This document shows positions 34,781-43,370 of a stretch of 43,370 bases of DNA, piece by piece. The position numbers and the translations under genes were made by a program. Origin of the DNA: Vitrella brassicaformis CCMP3155. Lineage: Eukaryota; Protista; Chromerida. The notes beneath the pieces were generated by a model, which saw nothing but the letters and a program-made list of their open reading frames with translations, was not told where the DNA came from and searched no databases. The stretch is from positions 1-43,370 of the forward strand of contig CDMY01000609.1 of the NCBI GenBank assembly GCA_001179505.1. The letters are read 5' to 3'. The stretch's first letter is position 1, and each line of letters begins with the position of its first letter.

Positions 34781-35250
34781 TCATCCAACCCATTGAAGCT
34801 GCCTCGTCGTGCAGCTTGGCAGCGATCTGTGCGCTATCCGTCTGGAGGACGAAACCATCGTCGTCATAGGTTGCTGTTGGACACCCTCCCCAGAACTCAT
34901 CACCAGCTCGGCCTCGTCTAGGCTGCCGTCAGAGGCCTCCGAGGCCAGCTCCCAGCTGCCCGCATGTCTCTCCCCTCCTGCGGCCTGCTCCTCCTCCTGC
35001 GGCTGCTGCGCAGGTCCCTGGTCCTCACTCTCCGACGTGACGTCAGCACTTGGCTGTGCAAAGTGCTTCACTTGGACCAGCGGAGACACGTCGGGCTGTC
35101 CATCGTCCCTGGTAGCGTCGGCCATCAGCCTCTTGGCACAGCTCAGGCACAGCGCCACCGAGCAGCAGGGACATCGCCAGCGCGCCTTGCGAGTGCATGT
35201 GCTGACAGGGGGGCGGCTGGTGGTGGAGGGCTCTGTCTCCATAGATGTCG
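34781..35250 (-). CDS. Low-complexity acidic ORF (MADATRDDGQPD...), unassigned
   Basis: Open frame with disordered Q/E/S-rich composition. Its relation to the downstream gene is unclear. Confidence 0.3.
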
Positions 35251-35302
35251 ACGCCGAAACAGCGGTGTGGTGTTCCGTGCGCGTGTGCATCTTCGTCCGC
35301 AC

Positions 35303-35800
35303 GCAAGTCGACGCGTGCTTGCGCAGGTGTGCGCACAAAGTCATTCATGATATACACGCATTGGAAGTCGACGCGGCCTTGCGCAGGTGTGCGCACAAGT
35401 CGACGCGTGCTTGCGCAGGTGTGCGCACAGAGACATTCAGGATAAATACGCACTGGAAGTCGACGCATGCTTGCGCAGGTGTGCGCACAGAGGACGCATG
35501 CTTGCGCAGGTGTGCGCACAGAGACCTTCATGATATACACGCACTCGAAGTCGACGCGTGCTTGCGCAGGTGTGCGCACAGAGACATTCAGGATATACAC
35601 GCACTCCAAGTCGACGCGTGCTTGCGCAGGTGTGCGCACAAGTCGACGCGTGCTTGCGCAGGTGTGCGCACAGAGACATCCATGACATAGACGCACTTCA
35701 AGTCCACGCGTGCTTGCGCAGGTGTGCGCATAGAGACATTCAGGATATACACGCACGCAAGTCGACGCGTGCTTGCCCAGGTGTGCGCACAAAGACATTC
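35303..35800. repeat. 60-bp satellite built from a 32-bp palindrome-rich core (AAGTCGACGCGTGCTTGCGCAGGTGTGCGCAC) plus a roughly 28-bp linker; runs into the gap
   Basis: GTCG recurs at 35307, 35367, 35399 and 35459 (periods 60, 32, 60). The linkers are variants of AGAGACATTCAGGATATACACGCACT. Confidence 0.95.
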
Positions 35801-36100
35801 NNNNNNNNNNNNNNNNNNNNNNNNNNNNNNNNNNNNNNNNNNNNNNNNNNNNNNNNNNNNNNNNNNNNNNNNNNNNNNNNNNNNNNNNNNNNNNNNNNNN
35901 NNNNNNNNNNNNNNNNNNNNNNNNNNNNNNNNNNNNNNNNNNNNNNNNNNNNNNNNNNNNNNNNNNNNNNNNNNNNNNNNNNNNNNNNNNNNNNNNNNNN
36001 NNNNNNNNNNNNNNNNNNNNNNNNNNNNNNNNNNNNNNNNNNNNNNNNNNNNNNNNNNNNNNNNNNNNNNNNNNNNNNNNNNNNNNNNNNNNNNNNNNNN
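35801..36100. other. Assembly gap (300 N)
   Basis: N run. Confidence 0.99.
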
Positions 36101-36119
36101 TTGAACAGGCGGTGGCACA

Positions 36120-39100
36120 AGCAGCCCCTCTCTTGTCCCCTCTTGTTCGCCGCTACCCTGCTACGCCGTTTGTACTCGACCGTCACAAATAAGCCACTCA
36201 GGCAGGCCAGAGAGGAGCCGCTTGCATCACTGGTGCATCTGCTGGATCACTGGTGCATCTGCGTGCCAGATCTGAACGCCTTTGTGTGTCTTGTGTGGTT
36301 TGGTGTGTTGTCAGTGACTCGCCGTTGAGTTGACGCTCGCCTCTCGTTGACGCTCGTCGAAGACTCACACGCATCAGTAATACAACAGACGACACGCACA
36401 CTTTCGCCTTGCGCACATCTGGTCCGTCTTTGTCGCTGGGCAGTGTTGGCCAAGACACTCAACGCCGGCGACAAGGTCGATATCTCGGCCATCCCATCCC
36501 GGATAGCGGGACGTGTGACGGGTGGTGGATCGTGTGTGTGAAGAGGGCGACGCTGAGATAGCGTGTTGCTTGTAGCGCGTGCAGAACGTCGTTTCGTTTC
36601 GTGTTGCTCGCCCTCCCTTTCCTTGTCTCGCCTACTTCTCGCTGTCTACTTGTCTTGCATCTGAGCGTTGCGCGCATCGTCACATATACGTGCCGCATCG
36701 TTTGAAACTTCCCGCCTGTTGTGTGCATCTACCTTCTGTATCCGTGCACGTGTTCGCCTATTTTAAGACTCGCCTGTGCTGTCTCTGCGTGTTCCGTGCT
36801 CGCCTTGTGAGTGTTTCGCTCGTCAGTCAGTCAGCCAGTGCACTAGTTTCTCGACGCACGCTCTGACGGAGCAACTCACTATCTGTAGTAGAAGCGGACA
36901 CACGCATCGCCCGTGTGTTCCACTCCCCTAACTGCGTCTATATTAGCGTTCATCTCTGGTGTGCCTGTGTTGGATTCGATGAGGGATGCGGACATACGAC
37001 TGATATCCATGTAAACCGCTGTGGCTGACTGTCATCTGTTCATGGGTAGTCAGTCGCTGCGCAGCTAACTTACACGCCCCCCGCTCTCTGCACATCGACG
37101 GGTGACACTATCGGCCCATATCTGCATTCATCAGCACATCACACTCCATCTACCGACCCTATCTTCGCCACGCCAGCACGACTATCAGCGCCACCATTCG
37201 CTCGGACTGACAGGCATCTTCCATATATACACGTGCCGCTTCCTACTCTCCTCTGAGCCAGGCACGTATGCCCTTCGTCTAGAGCGGCCTGAGTTTCTTC
37301 CGCCTTTGACATGGTCGCGCGCGCGACTCCCTTTATTGCGCCGAGGCCTCTGCGTAGCTGAGCCGTTTTGCTGAGCATGCGAGGGGCGCAACTGAGCGGA
37401 CCAGCCGGCAGATTGTTGGTCGTGGGTCGCGAGAAGAGCAGGTGCCGCCGATAGTCATCCGCCGATATGCAGCCGCAGTCGCCGAGCCTCGCATATTCTT
37501 GCTCCTCTGACGCCGATATGGACAGACGCCAGTTTGGCTGAACGCGACTTGTGACTGAAGCGCAACACACGCGCGTCGTTGCTGTACTTGTATCAGTGTC
37601 CCGCCGTACGCCGGTGGTCCTTTGATGGACCGCCTGCACGCAGATTCACGCACCGAGCAGCCAGACAAGGTCGTCAGCTTGGGTCCATCGTATTCGTTAT
37701 GTCTCTGACCTCACCTGTGCACGTTGAGCGATCGACTTCGTCCACAAGCACCGACTCTGAAGCACTCACATCTGCTCGCCGCCCGCCTGGGTGCCCTTCT
37801 TTCTGATGTGGTGTTTCTCTCGACGATGGGGGAGGTGCGGTCGCCAAAGGACGACGCCAACTTCTCTGCACAGTTGGGAGAAGGGAATGTAGCGCATACC
37901 TGTATGATACATGGTCACATACCTACATCGCCAGAGTGGTTTTCGCCATTGCTGCTGCCCTTGGGCNNNNNNNNNNNNNNNNNNNNNNNNNNNNNNNNNN
38001 NNNNNNNNNNNNNNNNNNNNNNNNNNNNNNNNNNNNNNNNNNNNNNNNNNNNNNNNNNNNNNNNNNNNNNNNNNNNNNNNNNNNNNNNNNNNNNNNNNNN
38101 NNNNNNNNNNNNNNNNNNNNNNNNNNNNNNNNNNNNNNNNNNNNNNNNNNNNNNNNNNNNNNNNNNNNNNNNNNNNNNNNNNNNNNNNNNNNNNNNNNNN
38201 NNNNNNNNNNNNNNNNNNNNNNNNNNNNNNNNNNNNNNNNNNNNNNNNNNNNNNNNNNNNNNNNNNAGCAGCCCCTCTCTTGTCCCCTCTTGTTCGCCGC
38301 TACCCTGCTACGCCGTTTGTACTCGACCGTCACAAATAAGCCACTCAGGCAGGCCAGAGAGGAGCCGCTTGCATCACTGGTGCATCTGCTGGATCACTGG
38401 TGCATCTGCGTGCCAGATCTGAACGCCTTTGTGTGTCTTGTGTGGTTTGGTGTGTTGTCAGTGACTCGCCGTTGAGTTGACGCTCGCCTCTCGTTGACGC
38501 TCGTCGAAGACTCACACGCATCAGTAATACAACAGACGACACGCACACTTTCGCCTTGCGCACATCTGGTCCGTCTTTGTCGCTGGGCAGTGTTGGCCAA
38601 GACACTCAACGCCGGCGACAAGGTCGATATCTCGGCCATCCCATCCCGGATAGCGGGACGTGTGACGGGTGGTGGATCGTGTGTGTGAAGAGGGCGACGC
38701 TGAGATAGCGTGTTGCTTGTAGCGCGTGCAGAACGTCGTTTCGTTTCGTGTTGCTCGCCCTCCCTTTCCTTGTCTCGCCTACTTCTCGCTGTCTACTTGT
38801 CTTGCATCTGAGCGTTGCGCGCATCGTCACATATACGTGCCGCATCGTTTGAAACTTCCCGCCTGTTGTGTGCATCTACCTTCTGTATCCGTGCACGTGT
38901 TCGCCTATTTTAAGACTCGCCTGTGCTGTCTCTGCGTGTTCCGTGCTCGCCTTGTGAGTGTTTCGCTCGTCAGTCAGTCAGCCAGTGCACTAGTTTCTCG
39001 ACGCACGCTCTGACGGAGCAACTTACTATCTGTAGTAGAAGCGGACACACGCATCGCCCGTGTGTTCCACTCCCCTAACTGCGTCTATATTAGCGTTCAT

Positions 39101-40113
39101 CTCTGGTGTGCCTGTGTTGGATTCGATGAGGGATGCGGACATACGACTGATATCCATGTAAACCGCTGTGGCTGACTGTCATCTGTTCATGGGTAGTCAG
39201 TCGCTGCGCAGCTAACTTACACGCCCCCCGCTCTCTGCACATCGACGGGTGACACTATCGGCCCATATCTGCATTCATCAGCACATCACACTCCATCTAC
39301 CGACCCTATCTTCGCCACGCCAGCACGACTATCAGCGCCACCATTCGCTCGGACTGACAGGCATCTTCCATATACACACGTGCCGCTTCCTACTCTCCTC
39401 TGAGCCAGGCACGTTTGCCCTTCGTCTACAGCTGCCTGAGTTTCTTCCGCCTTTGACATGGTCACGCGCGCGACTCCCTTTATTGCGCCGAGGCCTCTGC
39501 ATAGCTGAGCCGTTTTGCTGAGCATGCGAGGGGCGCAACTGAGCGGACCAGCCGGCAGATTGTTGGTCGTGGGTCGCGAGAAGAGCAGGTGCCGCCGATA
39601 GTCATCCGCCGATATGCAGCCGCAGTCGCCGAGCCTCGCATATTCTTGCTCCTCTGACGCCGATATGGACAGACGCCAGTTTGGCTGAACGCGACTTGTG
39701 ACTGAAGCGCAACACACGCGCGTCGTTGCTGTACTTGTATCAGTGTCCCGCCGTACGCCGGTGGTCCTTTGATGGACCGCCTGCACGCAGATTCACGCAC
39801 CGAGCAGCCAGACAAGGTCGTCAGCTTGGGTCCATCGTATTCGTTATGTCTCTGACCTCACCTGTGCACGTTGAGCGATCGACTTCGTCCACAAGCACCG
39901 ACTCTGAAGCACTCACATCTGCTCGCCGCCCGCCTGGGTGCCCTTCTTTCTGATGTGGTGTTTCTCTCGACGATGGGGGAGGTGCGGTCGCCAAAGGACG
40001 ACGCCAACTTCTCTGCACAGTTGGGAGAAGGGAATGTAGCGCATACCTGTATGATACATGGTCACATACCTACATCGCCAGAGTGGTTTTCGCCATTGCT
40101 GCTGCCCTTGGGC
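36120..40113. repeat. 1.85-kb direct duplication (36120-37966 and 38267-40113, offset 2147) separated by a gap
   Basis: The ORF track is duplicated at a constant offset. Only a few substitutions separate the copies, mostly clustered at about 37220-37355 versus 39370-39500. Confidence 0.95.
37967..38266. other. Assembly gap (300 N)
   Basis: N run. Confidence 0.99.
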
Positions 40114-40162
40114 AGTGAGTCGTCGCCGCTAACGAAGTCGCCCATGTGTTCGTCGATCCGAA

Positions 40163-40970
40163 ATGTGTCCGCCTTCTCTCTGGTCTCCTGCTGACGCTGG
40201 AGTCGTCGCCGAGGAGCCAGCTGTCGAAAATGCCAGTGTGGGCATGGACGGCGGGCCGCGGGATGTCAAGGCAGATGAATCGCCTCGTTTCGCTAGCTCC
40301 GAAGAGCCCAGCGGCCCGCCGCCCGACGCGCCAATGGAGCCATCCATCGGCTCCCCAGCTCGCCCTGTTGCCAACGCGCCGCCAGAGCCATCCGCAGAAG
40401 CACCGCCTGTCGAAACAGAGAGGCCCATGACTGATATTCCTGACAGTCAGGTCCATTACCATCAGTACGGGACGCCACTGCCGTCAGCTGACGAGCCTCC
40501 TGCTCTCCAGGACCAAGGGTCGCCATCGCCTGCACACATGGACGCACCAATCCGCCCACACGCCACGTTGCCTTCCGCCTCTGATCTACCCGCCAGTGGC
40601 CGGCCAGTCATCCCGCTTATCCATTGTGGGTGGCTCGCCAAGGGAGACCTTGTCATCGCCTCCATCATCTGGCTATGACTTGCCCGCCGACGTGGACGCA
40701 CCCAACTCCGCACCACACACACACGACATGGGGCAGGGCAGCGCCGATTGCAGTGAAGAGTTGCCCGACCGCCCCGACGTCATAGACATCCTCGCCAAGA
40801 GAGAGAGAGGATCCGTAGCTGAGTATCGCGTGGTGCGCCGAGGGTGTGAACCGACTTGGGAAAAGGAGAGCGAGATCTCTGACCCCCACGCCGTTCGTGC
40901 GTTCGATACTCGCATGGCCTTCGACCTGCACCAACAGAAACACCAGAAGCGCCAACAAAGGGACGACTGA
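40163..40970 (+). mobile_element. Pro-rich linker plus C-terminal chromodomain-like ORF; probable remnant of a mobile element
   Basis: VIDILAKRERGSVAEYRVVRRGCEPTWEKESEISDPHAVRAFD (40779-40907) fits the chromodomain pattern (V..Il..R....eY.V...g...TWE...l....v..F). It lies in two overlapping frames, downstream of stop-riddled intronless sequence. Confidence 0.5.
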
Positions 40971-41751
40971 GTCTCGCTTCGCTCCTTTCTCGTCGCCAGC
41001 CTTTTGACTGGGACGTGTGATCTCTCTCATATGCTCGTCTGTGGCTCTCTATCGCTCCCTTTTCTTTCGATGACTCGCCGAGCGCCGCCCATTCGCTGAG
41101 TGTAGTCGGATGAAAGCGGTCCAGCTGTCGCCGAGGTAGAGAATAGAGTGCACCAAATGTGTCAGTCCGCTCGATGGAAGAGGGAAGAGAAGAAAAGCGT
41201 CACGCCTTGGGGGTCGTCGATGATCCGACGCGCGTCTTCACACCAACTCGTCTCGGTGATGGAGCTGCGTCTTGCTGGATGCTGCTTGCCGCCGGCAGCC
41301 TCGCCCGCCCAGCAACTCATAGATCATCTCCCCTTGGTGCTGATCTGCTTGGACACTCCGCCCTTGACACCATCGCGTTAGACAGGCTTGTAGGCACTCG
41401 CCTCTCTCGATCGGTCGGCTGTCTGGAGGTCGTATGCTTCCTCCGGAAGTGATTTCGGCTGCACTTTGTCGACTTGGGATGCGTTAGACGCGGGGAGTTC
41501 GAAATAGAGGGACGTGGCATGAGGTTAGCCTTCTCGGGTGCCGTTGCCGCCTGACGAGAATCGCTAGCTCTGTACGCGTACGCGCGCATGCGTGTCAATT
41601 CCCCCGCCTCTGAGAGTCTACACGACTTGCTTTCTTTGTCCTTTCCACCCCATATCCCCTCTCGTTGACCGCAGCTGAGTGCCCGTCAGCTGTGTGTTGT
41701 CGCCTGTTCCCTCACGCTCTGCCGCTTACGCCAACTCGTGCCCTCGCATCT

Positions 41752-42390
41752 ATGGCCATCCTCAGCCAGCTGCGCACGTACAAGGCTCGACTGACCCCTG
41801 GGACCTACTGTACGGTCATCGCCCATCTCGCCAAGTATCAAGCGCCCTGCAACCTGGTGCTCGACTACGAGACCTTCCCGCCTGACAGAGAGGTCGACGT
41901 GCCCATCGCATCGGTGAACGAGGCCGTCGACATCCAGACGATCCACCAGGACTGCAAGGGGTGTGTGGCGGGTTTGTACATGTGCCATGGACGTGTTCGC
42001 CACCTGTCTGACTGGTACGCCTTCATAGCCATCGCCCTCGCGTTTGAGCCTACCGATAGCATCGCCATCGAGGTTGCCGTCGCTGACAACGGCGTGGCTG
42101 ACGCTCTCGAGGAGATGCTCAAGCAGATGCGACGCCTGAATGACTCGTACATCTGTGAGGGGTACACACGCCGACCCAACGGATACTACAACTGTGTGTT
42201 GTCAGCCAGCTTCACGCCTTGCATTCGCCCTGTGGGCATCGCCAACGAGCCGTTCTCGGTGACCGATACGATTCGCCTCGCCGAGTCCCACAACATCGAC
42301 ATCAAGTGCCTGTTCATGACGCCTGAGGGACTAGCTGAGGCAGGGATCGACGCACAGGCCGATTATCAGCTGTGTGCTGGTGACTGGTGA
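41752..42390 (+). CDS. Intronless hypothetical protein (212 aa)
   Basis: ATG 41752 to TGA 42390 is uninterrupted, with coding-like C/G third positions and globular alpha/beta-like composition. No family recognised. Confidence 0.7.
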   Translation: MAILSQLRTYKARLTPGTYCTVIAHLAKYQAPCNLVLDYETFPPDREVDVPIASVNEAVDIQTIHQDCKGCVAGLYMCHGRVRHLSDWYAFIAIALAFEPTDSIAIEVAVADNGVADALEEMLKQMRRLNDSYICEGYTRRPNGYYNCVLSASFTPCIRPVGIANEPFSVTDTIRLAESHNIDIKCLFMTPEGLAEAGIDAQADYQLCAGDW

Positions 42391-43370
42391 TGTGTATCGA
42401 CGCCGTATTCGCCAACAGGGAATGTCGACGCCGCACAACACACGAATTTGGGCAAGGATACATGGATGGTATCGTGTGTGTGATCTGTCTAGATTGCCCA
42501 TTCGCTTCGCCGACTACTCGTTTTTATTCGCCTCCTGTGGGTTGATGCGTCGCCCTCCGCCTCGAGTTCAAAGAGGATATCCGTGCCTCGTTTTCGAGTG
42601 GCGGGGTGGTGATGCGAAGCGGACCCTTCGCATCGTGATTCTGTCTATGTGGGACGCATCGTCATGGCTGTTTCGAGGCACGTCTATCCGTCCGCCAGGT
42701 GCGCAGCGCAGAGGCCACACGGATGGATGGATAGATGGATGATTGGATGGGTGCCTGGATGACGCATATGTGTGTGCACACGCCTGCCTATCTATCTCGC
42801 CTGTCTGTCCCTTCGCCACTGTGGGCCTCCCCGCAGCCCAGTGCCCGTGTCAGTCGCCCGTATGCAGTGCACGACATGTGTCCATTCTGTGCCTGTGCCA
42901 TGCGCAAGCGCATAGAGAGATACGTGCTTGTGTGACTGACTCGTGTGTGTCATCGCCATTCGCCCATGTGATGGTACATTCATGGTGGATGGATGTGGGT
43001 ATGGGAAGGAGAAGCTAGAGGAGAAGACGGAGATCCTCGTACACGCCAGTGTGTCTGTCTGCCGTGATGTGTTGCGTTTGCCATTGCTTTGCCGTGGCAG
43101 TGTGTCCATGGAGCCACAGGCAGCCAGGCATACGTGCAGTGCAGACGAGGTTTATGTGTGATGCATAGCCGATAGCCGACCTAGATAGAGCTGTCAGGAC
43201 GCATGCAGCGCCATGGTTGCTTCGTTTGTTGAGCTGCATGCTGATCGCCGATCACTGGCTGCTAGGGTTGAGAACCCAGCGGTATAGCTCGCCTATCCGT
43301 TTTAGACCTGGCTTCCAGCTTGATTGCTTGATTGCGTATCTGCTTCGTCAGCCCTTCGGCAGCGTGTTTG

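Noticed and set aside
34809-35798. Long ORFs with 20-aa repeats on both strands
   Set aside because: A by-product of the 60-bp satellite, with frames switching at the 32-bp units.
35303-35800. CRISPR-like array (palindromic repeat plus spacer)
   Set aside because: The spacers are variants of one sequence, some repeats are directly adjacent, no cas genes are present, and the context is eukaryotic.
12493-38475. Long ORFs containing X runs
   Set aside because: Artefacts of translating through the 300-N gaps.
42943-43161. Short ORF near the right edge
   Set aside because: Small and surrounded by intron-like repeats; no supportable gene model.

Overview
Intron-rich eukaryotic genomic DNA with no rRNA, tRNA or CRISPR features seen. 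Introns are short (about 50-100 nt) and full of microsatellites such as (GT)n, (TAGG)n, (GACA)n and (TGGA)n. This style suggests a chromerid alveolate such as Vitrella, which is an inference only. There are five 300-N scaffold gaps, and several are flanked by near-identical duplicated sequence. I rebuilt gene models by hand from splice signals and reading phase. The best supported are: (1) a 15-exon, signal-peptide-bearing calcineurin-like (LpxH/YbbF-type) metallophosphoesterase with all five motifs (6962-9671,+); (2) a roughly 11.4-kb polycystin-1/adhesion-receptor-like gene (26052-14611,-) with Cys-rich CGDG-CDDGN repeats, a PAN-like domain, a GPS/GAIN site, multiple TM helices and a duplicated or triplicated cytosolic IQ module; (3) a membrane protein with an FG-GAP-like repeat and three bacterial-style RTX/Ca-binding-like modules (about 34590-30500,-); (4) a cage-less chromodomain ORF at the end of a degenerate element (40163-40970,+). 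The window also holds several lineage-specific hypothetical genes, two convergent paralogues and three satellites. Many otherwise intact, properly spliced genes carry a single lesion, either an in-frame TGA or a 1-nt frameshift. No clearly new molecular system could be demonstrated from the sequence alone.
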